From: a virus
IMG/VR virus record: IMGVR_UViG_3300020183_000040
Location: 1-64,000 of that record
Length of the DNA stretch: 64,000 nt
Strand: one strand, 5' to 3'
A program made the translations under genes and the position numbers. Each line of letters begins with the position of its first letter. The stretch's first letter is position 1. Positions 28,542 through 38,800 of this stretch are shown piece after piece. The notes under the pieces were generated by a model. It was not told the origin of the DNA and did not search any database. It saw nothing but the letters and a program-made list of their open reading frames with translations.

Positions 28542-29495
28542 ATGGCAATATCAACTACTACTGCACAAATATCACAGGGTGATCTGGTAATCAATACAAA
28601 TGGTTTACCAGATCCAGCTTTATCTGGAAATCCTCTTGGATCTAGAAGATTTCCAGGAAATCCACCAATTGTAATTGAAGGATATGACCTAGAGTACAGA
28701 TTTACATATCGTGCAGGGCAATCTCAAGATCTTCCAAGCCCACAAGCACTAACGTTAGAGGTTCTTGGTATTGCACTAAATGGAGTAGCTATAGCTGGTC
28801 CTGCATCTCCTCCTGGACCATTACCAGGAACTACAACTAATCCTCCAACTGGATTCACATATAATAGAGTTTTCAACGAAGATCGATTTGGAGTAGATAT
28901 TTGTGGTGGTTATTGCTGCCATTTGACTCTGGAAGATGATGATACTGAATTTGAACAATATCGATATCATTCTGGATCATTTTTAGTGAACTGTTGGGGA
29001 TCTAAAGTTATTGCATCAAATACATATTTCCAATCATCAAATTACCAAGGAGATTATTTTCGCCATCCAGATGGGCATTCAAAAATTGTAGGATATTGTT
29101 TTGATGGATATCCGATATATGGACCATTTGGTTATAGAACTCCTAGTGATCCTCGAAGTGAACCTATCAAAATGCGAAGCTCTTATAGACCATTCCCATC
29201 ACCTAGGATAGGAAGAGAATCTAATTATAGTCAAATTCCTCCAGGCACGTACATTCAAGATTTTGAATATGTAGAAAATCTTGGAACTCTAGATCAATAT
29301 AATGGGAGATATACAAAAACTCCAGACTATCCAACTGGTACATATGCTTACTTCTTAGCATTAGATAAACAAAACAGACCAGTTTATCCATATATTTTTG
29401 GTAAGGAAACTCGCAAAACCAGAGATTGTAGTTGTGTTGGTACAGATGATCATGACCATGAGCATGATGATCATGACCATGAGCATGATGACTAA
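28542..29495 (+). CDS. YHYH-domain-like protein with a His/Asp-rich tail
   Basis: GIALNGV...DICGG...YRYH...HSKIVGYCFDGYPIYGPFG...LDQYNGR...TPDYPTGTYAYF. Confidence 0.8.
   Translation: MAISTTTAQISQGDLVINTNGLPDPALSGNPLGSRRFPGNPPIVIEGYDLEYRFTYRAGQSQDLPSPQALTLEVLGIALNGVAIAGPASPPGPLPGTTTNPPTGFTYNRVFNEDRFGVDICGGYCCHLTLEDDDTEFEQYRYHSGSFLVNCWGSKVIASNTYFQSSNYQGDYFRHPDGHSKIVGYCFDGYPIYGPFGYRTPSDPRSEPIKMRSSYRPFPSPRIGRESNYSQIPPGTYIQDFEYVENLGTLDQYNGRYTKTPDYPTGTYAYFLALDKQNRPVYPYIFGKETRKTRDCSCVGTDDHDHEHDDHDHEHDD
29445..29486 (+). repeat. Perfect 21-nt tandem duplication encoding (DDHDHEH)2
   Basis: GATGATCATGACCATGAGCAT x2. Confidence 0.9.
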
Positions 29496-29498
29496 ACT

Positions 29499-29506
29499 TA
29501 TAAATA
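29499..29506 (+). promoter_or_regulatory. T4 late promoter TATAAATA
   Basis: Exact consensus, intergenic. Confidence 0.8.
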
Positions 29507-29523
29507 ACTAAAAAACAAAGATA

Positions 29524-30744
29524 ATGGCCAAGCAATCCCTGAATACTGGTTCTGTGCCTAATGATGGTACAGGCGACTCCCTGAGAGCAGGGGCAACTAA
29601 GATCAATTCCAATTTCACTGAGATATATGGTGCAATTGGCAATGGGAATAGCTTGACACTAAATGCTACTAATGCACAAATTGGTCAAGTGTTGAGGTGG
29701 AACGGCAGTTCATTTATTTCTCAGGATTATGGATCACTTACATCAACTCTAGATGTAAATAATTACAGCATCATCTCAAGTAGTAATGGTCATATTGTTC
29801 TAGACCCAAATGGCACTGGTGATGTGCAGATGGTCTATGGGGGACAGACAACTACGTTTGATGGTTCTACTGGTCAGGCACAAGTTAGTGGGACAATTTC
29901 ATACAAAAATGAATATCCTTTGATTACAAATGCTCCAACTAATTCGACACACAAAGGTTATTTTTTCACAGTAAATGGTGACAATAACCCAAAAGTCAAT
30001 ATGGGAATCAGTGGAGTTGGAGACGTAACCGCTAATCTCCTAACCAATTATAGTAGTATCAATCTACTTTCAGATGTAGATACTACAACTACAGCTCCTA
30101 CTACAGGGCAAGTTCTAAAATGGAATGGAACTAACTGGACTCCTCAAGCAGACGCTGCAGGAGCTTCTACACAAAATCTTTTCCAAACAATAGTTGCTGA
30201 TACAGGATCTACCACTGCAAATACTCCAACAGATTCTTTGACAATTACTGGTGGAACAAATTGCACCTCTGTCATCACAGGAGATACTGTTACTATCAAT
30301 GTTGATGGTCAGTTTCAATTTGCATCACTGACTGATGTAAACTTTACTAATCTCTCAAGAGGACAAAGTATCACATATGATACAACTGGAGGAGGAGCAA
30401 CTGCTGCTTGGATCAATCAACCATCTCCAACACTATGGTACATTTTCTCAGTTGGATTGAATAATAACTCATATCTAGTTGAGGGTCCTGGGCAATCACA
30501 AACAGATGACCCCGAGCTTCATTTGTATAGAGGATTTACATACGTCTTCGTAAATAATGCTGGAAATAATCACCCACTAAGGATTCAAGCTTCAACTGGA
30601 CTATCTGCCTCTGCATATACCATTGGTGTTTCTGGTTCTCAAACGGGAAGGCAATATTTCACTGTTCCGCATAGTGCTCCAAATACCCTTTATTATCAAT
30701 GTACAGTTCACCTAAACATGGGTGGAATTTTATACATCAAGTAA
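29524..30744 (+). CDS. Baseplate/tail-fibre connector with a gp9/gp10-type N-terminus and a C-terminal cupredoxin-like motif
   Basis: NTGSVPNDGTGDSLRAGATKINSNFTEIY; GQVLKWNG repeats; HP...LYYQCTVHLNMGG. Confidence 0.75.
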   Translation: MAKQSLNTGSVPNDGTGDSLRAGATKINSNFTEIYGAIGNGNSLTLNATNAQIGQVLRWNGSSFISQDYGSLTSTLDVNNYSIISSSNGHIVLDPNGTGDVQMVYGGQTTTFDGSTGQAQVSGTISYKNEYPLITNAPTNSTHKGYFFTVNGDNNPKVNMGISGVGDVTANLLTNYSSINLLSDVDTTTTAPTTGQVLKWNGTNWTPQADAAGASTQNLFQTIVADTGSTTANTPTDSLTITGGTNCTSVITGDTVTINVDGQFQFASLTDVNFTNLSRGQSITYDTTGGGATAAWINQPSPTLWYIFSVGLNNNSYLVEGPGQSQTDDPELHLYRGFTYVFVNNAGNNHPLRIQASTGLSASAYTIGVSGSQTGRQYFTVPHSAPNTLYYQCTVHLNMGGILYIK

Positions 30745-30753
30745 TAATATAAT

Positions 30754-33700
30754 ATGGCAAGAGTAGTTCCTGGATCTGGTGCAGTAATCAAACCAAACTT
30801 CAATAAAGAATTTGGTGTAGTTTCTGTTGACGTTATTTCTGGTGGGAAAAACTACTCAAGTGCGGATCCTCCCAGGCTAACAATTGATAACTGTGGTACT
30901 CCCGAACAAGAAGCTCTTCTTTGGCCTCAGATTGATTCAAAATCTGGAAAAATTTTATACGTTAGAGTTCTAGAATCTGGCAAAGGTTATGACCCACTCA
31001 GAGTTACAATCACTCCTAAGCAAGATTCCATTACAGTTGTAAATTCATTTGATCCCAATAGAATTTGGGTATCTGCAAATACGTCTGTTACTACTGGTAG
31101 ATTTTCTCAATATGACAGACTAAAAGTAAAAACAAATGGACTTCCAGATCCAGCTCCATACGATAAAGATGGAGTTTTCTCGATTCCATATGATCATACT
31201 TTTATTTTTAGGGGAGGTAAAGATGTACCGAATCTAGGATTGAGAGATACTTATAATGATCAAGCACTCGGTATTATGGCAAACGGAGTTGAACTCCATA
31301 CTCCAGATTTTTACGATATTGATTCAGTAAATACAATATCCAATTATAGTTATGATGTTGTAAAAACACCATCTTTACTTAGTTTAGACCAATATGGTGG
31401 CACCACTAGTCAAGACAATGCCCTGGATGGAAAATATTTTTATACAAACTCCCGATTACTTTTAGCCTATGCAGCAGCAGGCAGCACATATCATATTGCT
31501 CCATATTACAAAAATAGTAATTATCAAGGAGATCGTGGAAGACATCCCAATGGTCACTCAAAAATTGTTGGATATTCATATGATGGGTATCCAATCTATG
31601 GTCCATATGGATATGCGGATCCTTTGGTTAGTAGCACTGTAACTAATCTTCAACCGTCGTATAGACTAAGAAACACATCAGAAACTGCAGCTATAAGACC
31701 TGCTGTAGTTACGCCATCTACTGTCACATATACAGTTACAGTTGCTCCAGGTGTTCTTTCAGCAGGGCAACCAGGTATAAATCGTTATTACATTACTGGG
31801 GGTGGATTTACAAATGAAGAAAAACCATTTCTAAATCTTCAAAGGGGAAGTACATATATTTTCAATCAAGATGATCCGACTAATACTACACATCCAATAT
31901 TATTTTCTCCATATGGATCTAGTGTCGCTCAAGGTTGGCATACATCAGGACAAACTGCTGGAGATGTAAATGCCCTTTGGAGACAAGGTGTAAAATATTT
32001 TATTGGAAATGCACAAGTTACATATAGTACATATGTTTCAAGTTTCAATAGTGCATCTCTACGTAGAGTTGAATTCACAGTCCCTATAGAAGCTCCGACT
32101 ATTCTATATTATTTTTGCTATAACCATACAAACATGGCAGAAAAAATTGTTGTAGATGGTTATCCAAATGGAACATTTATTCAAGACAATATTTACATCG
32201 AAGGTCTTGGTGATTTAGATGAGTTCAATGGAAGATATTGTAAAACTCCAGAATATCCAAACGGAACTTACGCATATTTTGCAACAGTTGATGCAAACCA
32301 AAATCCAATTTATCCATATTTTATTGCAACTAAATTCTATGGTGAAGAGTATCTTCCTGGATCTACTCTACCTGAGGTATCTTTAGATACTCCAAGTGGT
32401 GCCAGTGCCATAGCAGTTATAAATCCAGACAATACAAATGGCGAAATTCAATATATTGGAATGAAATCAAACGGTGATGGATATTTTGGAGATGCTAGAG
32501 TAGATATTCTTGGTGGTGAAGGTAGTGGAGCAACTGCAAACGCAGTAACAAGAAGTGTTACTGGACTATCACTGATTTCTGAAGGAAAAAATTATCTCAG
32601 TCCTCCAAATATATTCTTCCAAGGTGGCGGCGGGCAGGGAGCAAAAGGTGTTGCCTCTATTGATCCAGCTGGAAAACTTACTAGTGTAACAATCAATAAT
32701 CCTGGTCAATATTATAATACTCCACCATACATTATTGTTGATGGGGGTGGAGGAATCGGTGCTAAAGCAGAAGCAATTATTTCCCAGGGTAAACTAACTG
32801 GTGTTGTTATTACAGATCCTGGAAGTGGGTATGTATCGCCACCAAAAATTATTTTTACAAAACTAGCCACTCTCAAGAGAAAGGTACGTAATCGTCAGGC
32901 GTATGACTCTATAAACTTCAATCTATGCGGTCTTGCAGCTCCAGTAAATGTCAGTCAGACTTCTATCTTTGTTGATAGTACAGATGCATTTCCTGGTTCT
33001 GGAACTTTGATGATTGATAATGAAATTATTAGATATAATTCTAAATCAGCAGGTAGATTTACAGGCATTAGTAGAGCAGTAAATTTCCGATTTGACCAAA
33101 GAGTAATCCTTGATGATGATCAAAATGATCCAGTAACGGGAGACTCTACATATCAATTTGTCGTTGGAGATAGAGTAGTTAGGAGAGTTGACAATGCTTC
33201 TAATAAAATTGCAATTGTTTATGACTGGAAACCAGATACTAGAGAACTGTTTGTAAAATTTCAAGTAGATGATTTGGCGTTTATTGATGCTGGCATTCCA
33301 TCATCTGAAGAAAGAACTATTACATTTGATGCGGGAATTGCAGAATCTTCTCTTGCTGCACAATTACCACACACTACGGAAGTTAGTGATGGAGATTTTA
33401 TTCGACTCTTTGTAGGCGACCCAGTTTTTGGTGCAAAAGTTACACCTCAAGTAGTTCTAACCGATACTAAATACGTAGATGACAATGACGATGGTATACC
33501 TGATCTAATCAATACTGGCACTGCATTCGCAAACCAAATTGCTCTAGATGGTGGTAAATACAATTCACTTTATGGTATTGAAGAAACAATCGGTGGAACT
33601 AATACGACACTGTTCCAACTTGGAGATGGCATTTCTGATGCAAGCACTCCAACAAAAATTGCAACAGTTGATGTTGCTGGAGCTCTTGGTGATGGAATTG

Positions 33701-34290
33701 AACATAATGCAGATCTTACCATTACTCTAGATTCTAGATATAATAATACTCAAACCTTCTTCTCGGGTGAGTTGATTGAAGGAGAACAATCTGGTATTAC
33801 GGCAGAAGTAGTAGAGTTCAAACCCAGTACTCGTGAACTAATTCTTACTGATGTAACTGCATTTGATACTGGAAATGTAAACCTAGGAGTCAATGGTAAA
33901 TATTATACATTCTCCAGAAACTCAAGTATCATTGGTATCAAAGTAGTTCAACCAGGAACAAACTATACTTTGCCGCCAATAATTACTATTCAATCCATGC
34001 CAACTGGTGTTTCTGCCTATGCGACAGCTGTGATGAGTCCTTCTGGAGATCAAATTGCATCTGTAACAATGACTGTTGAGGGATATGGCTATGAGCAATA
34101 TGTCGATCCTGCCACAGAAATATTATATCCTACCATCACGGTGACAAATGCTCCTGGTGATACCACTGGTACTGGAGCAGTTTTAGAGGCAATTGTTGGC
34201 GGAGAATTTATTGTTGGTAATAATGGAGCACGTTGGAGAGTTGAGAAAATTGAGTATCAAACTCTTATCAGAAATGAGTTCTCTACATAG
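30754..34290 (+). CDS. Virion structural protein, 1178 aa (YHYH-like domain with a cupredoxin-like insert, beta repeats)
   Basis: HSKIVGYSYDGYPIYGPYG; LYYFCYNHTNM; LDEFNGRYCKTPEYPNGTYAYF. Confidence 0.75.
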   Translation: MARVVPGSGAVIKPNFNKEFGVVSVDVISGGKNYSSADPPRLTIDNCGTPEQEALLWPQIDSKSGKILYVRVLESGKGYDPLRVTITPKQDSITVVNSFDPNRIWVSANTSVTTGRFSQYDRLKVKTNGLPDPAPYDKDGVFSIPYDHTFIFRGGKDVPNLGLRDTYNDQALGIMANGVELHTPDFYDIDSVNTISNYSYDVVKTPSLLSLDQYGGTTSQDNALDGKYFYTNSRLLLAYAAAGSTYHIAPYYKNSNYQGDRGRHPNGHSKIVGYSYDGYPIYGPYGYADPLVSSTVTNLQPSYRLRNTSETAAIRPAVVTPSTVTYTVTVAPGVLSAGQPGINRYYITGGGFTNEEKPFLNLQRGSTYIFNQDDPTNTTHPILFSPYGSSVAQGWHTSGQTAGDVNALWRQGVKYFIGNAQVTYSTYVSSFNSASLRRVEFTVPIEAPTILYYFCYNHTNMAEKIVVDGYPNGTFIQDNIYIEGLGDLDEFNGRYCKTPEYPNGTYAYFATVDANQNPIYPYFIATKFYGEEYLPGSTLPEVSLDTPSGASAIAVINPDNTNGEIQYIGMKSNGDGYFGDARVDILGGEGSGATANAVTRSVTGLSLISEGKNYLSPPNIFFQGGGGQGAKGVASIDPAGKLTSVTINNPGQYYNTPPYIIVDGGGGIGAKAEAIISQGKLTGVVITDPGSGYVSPPKIIFTKLATLKRKVRNRQAYDSINFNLCGLAAPVNVSQTSIFVDSTDAFPGSGTLMIDNEIIRYNSKSAGRFTGISRAVNFRFDQRVILDDDQNDPVTGDSTYQFVVGDRVVRRVDNASNKIAIVYDWKPDTRELFVKFQVDDLAFIDAGIPSSEERTITFDAGIAESSLAAQLPHTTEVSDGDFIRLFVGDPVFGAKVTPQVVLTDTKYVDDNDDGIPDLINTGTAFANQIALDGGKYNSLYGIEETIGGTNTTLFQLGDGISDASTPTKIATVDVAGALGDGIEHNADLTITLDSRYNNTQTFFSGELIEGEQSGITAEVVEFKPSTRELILTDVTAFDTGNVNLGVNGKYYTFSRNSSIIGIKVVQPGTNYTLPPIITIQSMPTGVSAYATAVMSPSGDQIASVTMTVEGYGYEQYVDPATEILYPTITVTNAPGDTTGTGAVLEAIVGGEFIVGNNGARWRVEKIEYQTLIRNEFST

Positions 34291-34293
34291 TAC

Positions 34294-34301
34294 TATAAAT
34301 A
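34294..34301 (+). promoter_or_regulatory. T4 late promoter TATAAATA
   Basis: Exact consensus upstream of gp8. Confidence 0.8.
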
Positions 34302-34325
34302 GATAACGAGGAAAAAGTTTTACAC

Positions 34326-35858
34326 ATGGCAGCTCTACTTACTGATCAATTTAGGATCTTCTCTGCAAAAAAGTTTATCAAATCTCTTGAGGGACCATCA
34401 AGCACCCAATCGGATGCAGCTGCAGGTGCTAGTAGGGATCGTCTATATGTTTTTATCGGTAGACCCCAACAATGGGATAATGAAAACTCCCCACCACAAG
34501 CTATCGATTCCTTTGATCAGTTTTCGGATTCTTACGATGATATGATTTCATTGAAAAGAGTTCTAGCATCTGATACCATTCAAGTAGTTAGAAGAATTGA
34601 CTGGACTCCACCAGAGCAAACTACGGGTGGTTTGGGATTTACGTATGACATGTATAGACATGATTATTCGCCAACAAATACTGCATCTTCTGGAGCAACT
34701 AAACTATATGATGCTGATTTTTACGTGGTAAATACAAACTACCAAGTTTATAAGTGTATTTACAACGGAACTTCTCCTTCAGATCCAAATGGAAAACCAT
34801 CGACTATCGAACCAACTGGTACTTCTACTTCTATTATCACCACTGCTGATGGTTATCGTTGGAAGTATATGTATACCATCCCAGTGGCACAGGTTCTGAA
34901 ATTCTTCTCAAATGAATACATGCCAGTGTTCTCTAATGAATCAGTGGTTTCTAATGCAGTTTCTGGAGAAATTGATACCGTAGTAATTACATCTTCAGGT
35001 TCTGGATATAATAATGGAACCTATGATAATATTTCAATTGCTGGAGATGGAGTTGGTGGGAGAGTTTCAATTGTTATTGACGGCGGTAAGATCATTGCTG
35101 CTACTGTAACTTCGGGTGGTACTGGGTATACATTTGCTAAAATTAGTGTCGATACAATTTCAGGTATTGGTACTGGTAGTGCGGGTCAAATTGATATTGT
35201 AACCCCTCCTCCTGGTGGGCATGGATTTGATCCAATTTTTGAACTTGGTGCATACCGAGTAATGGTAAATGCAAAACTTTCATATGATGAAGGTGCTGGA
35301 GACTTTCCTGTAGATAACGACTATAGGAGGGTAGGTCTTTGTGTAAATCCACTTAGATATGGAACTACTGAACTGTTGGCAGATCTAACTGTATCTGCAT
35401 CAAGAGCAGTTATTTTTGCCCAAACTTTCCAGGGTAATTTTCTCCCAGATGAAATTATCAGTCAAACACGTATCGTTGGTGGTGCATCTGTTACATCCCG
35501 TGGACGAGTAATCTCGTGGAATCCAACAACCAAGGTGCTGAAGTACTATCAAAATAGAATTGACGGTATTTACCCAGAAATCATTGGATCATTGAATGAG
35601 TTTGATGGATCTAATCCAATCGTAGGTGCTACCTCAGGTTCATCTGCAGAACCAGAAATTGTATTTCCTAGCGTACCAAATACATCTTCTCGTGTTATCA
35701 ATGGCACTGAATATGATCTTGGTATGAGATTCACTTCAGGTTATGCAAAACCAGAAATTTCTTTCAACACGGGAGAGATTATTTACCTAGATAATAGAAG
35801 ATCAATTAGTCGTGCAAGCGACCAAATTGAAGATATCAAAATTGTAATCGAGTTCTAA
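34326..35858 (+). CDS. gp8: Baseplate wedge subunit gp8
   Basis: MAALLTDQFRI; LYVFIGRPQQW; YQVYKCIYN; DGYRWKYMYTI; GEIIYLDNR..DQIEDIKIVIEF. Confidence 0.92.
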   Translation: MAALLTDQFRIFSAKKFIKSLEGPSSTQSDAAAGASRDRLYVFIGRPQQWDNENSPPQAIDSFDQFSDSYDDMISLKRVLASDTIQVVRRIDWTPPEQTTGGLGFTYDMYRHDYSPTNTASSGATKLYDADFYVVNTNYQVYKCIYNGTSPSDPNGKPSTIEPTGTSTSIITTADGYRWKYMYTIPVAQVLKFFSNEYMPVFSNESVVSNAVSGEIDTVVITSSGSGYNNGTYDNISIAGDGVGGRVSIVIDGGKIIAATVTSGGTGYTFAKISVDTISGIGTGSAGQIDIVTPPPGGHGFDPIFELGAYRVMVNAKLSYDEGAGDFPVDNDYRRVGLCVNPLRYGTTELLADLTVSASRAVIFAQTFQGNFLPDEIISQTRIVGGASVTSRGRVISWNPTTKVLKYYQNRIDGIYPEIIGSLNEFDGSNPIVGATSGSSAEPEIVFPSVPNTSSRVINGTEYDLGMRFTSGYAKPEISFNTGEIIYLDNRRSISRASDQIEDIKIVIEF

Positions 35859-35862
35859 AGAG

Positions 35863-38800
35863 ATGCCTCAGAATACTAATCTAAACGTCACGCCTTACTA
35901 CGACGATTTTGACAAGAATAAGAACTTCTATAAAGTTCTGTTTAGACCTGGATTTCCAATTCAGGCTAGAGAACTTACGTCTGCACAAAGTATTCTACAG
36001 CATCAGGTAGAGAATATTGGAACGCACCTATTCAAAGAAGGTGCAATGGTTATACCTGGTCAAGTTGGATATGATACAAGTATTGATTGTGTTCTTCTTC
36101 AAGCAAGTTTTCTTGGATCAAATATAGAACTATATCGGGAACAAATAAACGGCATTATTATTACTGGTCTCAATAACGGTGTAAAAGCAAAGGTTTTGTA
36201 TTCTATTTCAGCCGAGGAGTCTGAACGTGGATATGCAACTCTGTATGTAAAATATGTACAAAATGGTGGAACTCAATCGACAGTTAGAACATTTGAAAAT
36301 AATGAGCAACTCTTCACAGATGTAGATATCACTTTTGGGACAACCCTGATCGAAGCTGGATCTCCATTTGCACAACTTCTTCCATCTTCTTCATTGTCTG
36401 TTGGATCTGCAGCATATATTGAAGATGGTGTATATTTCATACGAGGTCATTTTGTAGACGTAAAAAAAGAATATATTCTTCTAAATCAATATGATAATAA
36501 TCCTTCATACAGAATTGGTCTAAGTGTTACAGAATCTATTGTAACTTCAGAAGATGATGAATCTCTAAATGATAATGCTGCTGGTAGTTCAAACTACTCT
36601 GCCCCTGGAGCGCATAGATTCAAGATTTCCACTAGTCTTGTAAAGAAACTATTTGATGACGAATCAGATAAAAATTTTATTGAACTACTTAGAATCAGTA
36701 ACTCAAAAATTCAAAAATTTGTTACTAGAACCGCTTATAGCGAACTAGAAAAATCAATGGCTCTGAGGACATTTCAGACCAATGGTAACTATGTAACTAG
36801 GAATTTTGATATTACTGTAAGAGATCAACTCAACGATGATGCAAAAAGTGGTATCAATGGAGTTTACGCAGCTGGATCTACAACTAGATCTGGTTTGATA
36901 GCAAGTGACGATTACTATACTGCAGAAATAAGTCCTGGTGTTGCATATGTAAATGGTTTCCAAATTGAAACAATTACTCCTCAATTTATTGATTTTGAAA
37001 AACCAAGAGATACAAAGGCACTTCAAAATCAGATCGTTCCTTTTGCAGTTGGTAATGAACTGACTGTAAATTCTCTATATGGATTCCCAAATTTTACAGG
37101 TCCTAGCGTATCGTCTGCATATCAAGTTGTAGAATTGCGTGATACTCCAAGTTCAACTCCTGGAGTTGCAGCTGGTTCTGTTATTGGTTATGCAAGATGC
37201 CTAAGTTTAGAGCATACTGATCTTGGTCCCAATGGAACTTACGGGGGAGATGATGATATTTACAAAATGAATATCTTTGATATTCAAATGCTAACTATCA
37301 TTCGTGTAAGTGCCAATACAACTATTTCACAGGGTTCTCAAATTATTGGTGGGACAACTGGAGCTAGATGTTTTATTGTTGCTTCACAAACTAATGCTAC
37401 ACATCTTCAAACATATCAACTTGAGGGAAATTTTTCAGTAGGAGAAAAGATTTTTGTTGATGGTGTAGACAAAGGAACTATTACTCATTTGCACACATTT
37501 GAGTTTTCTGATACTCGTACTTTTATTGGTAGAGATGAATCTAGCAGTATTATAGAATTCGGAGCAAATATTGTTCTTGATGATTATCTGGCACTAGAAG
37601 GTGATACATTCACTGTGAGCACTGATAATGGTGGTCAAATTGTTGGTTTCAATACCAACTTTGCAAAAGATCTAAGACCTGGAGATGTTCTATACTTCAA
37701 TGGAACTGATTACCTCACTGTAGAAAAGGTAAATCCAACGGCATTGAATACACAAGGAATCTCAGTAATCTTTGATTACACTAACCAAATTGTAAGAACT
37801 GATGCAGGGGTTGGTACTATTGCTGCAGGAACATATACTAGTATTGTTAGAGCTCGTGCTCAACTTCTTGGTCAAGAAAATAATGATCTGTTCAGTCCAA
37901 TGCCAAAGAAATACGTAAAAAGTATTTCTGATGAATCAATGACTGTTAGAAGAACATATGATGCTCTAACAGTTCCTGCAGGATCTCTGACTGTTGATCT
38001 TGGTAGCAACGAACAATTTTCTTCAATTGAAGATGAAAATTATAATCTGACTGTCCTTGCATCATCAAATGCTTCTCATCCTGTGGGGAGTCAAATAAGA
38101 CTTGTAACATCATCTGGACAAACTACTACTGTAGGATATGCAACATTTACTAGTAACGATAGAACAACTCTTACAATTGCTAATCTTACTAATATTACAG
38201 CAGTAAAACTTACAGCAACAATTTCAAAGAATGTTGTGAATAAGACTTTGAAAACACTATCTAAAATGTTTGTTTTGAAGGTCAATAAAACAATTGATAA
38301 TAAAGATACTCAGCAATTTGGATTGACATATTCAAATCTATACGGAACAAGAATTGAAGATAGTGATATTTCCTTGGGTATATCAGATGCATTCCAACTA
38401 CAAGCTGTCTACGAATCTCTAAACGATAATGACCCTGTAGTTCCATCACTAACAATTTCAGAATCTATATTCTTTGCCCCAGGAACTTTCATCACTGGTA
38501 AAACATCTAATGCTAAAGGTAAAGTTATATCGTTTATAACATCAACTCTAGTAATCAATTACATTGCAGTTAGTGGATCTTTCATTCCTGGAGAACAAAT
38601 TACGGGATTTGATTCTACTGGTGCTGCAGTCACTGGACTAGTAACTGATGATAGTAACTCTATCATTGCTGGTTCTAAAGTTGTAACTGATGATTATTAT
38701 ATCGAACTAAATCAAACTGGATTTTTCTATAACACATCAAAATTAGTTCGTAAACCAGGAGTTCGACCTGCAGTTAGAAAACTCCTAGTAGTTTTTGATT

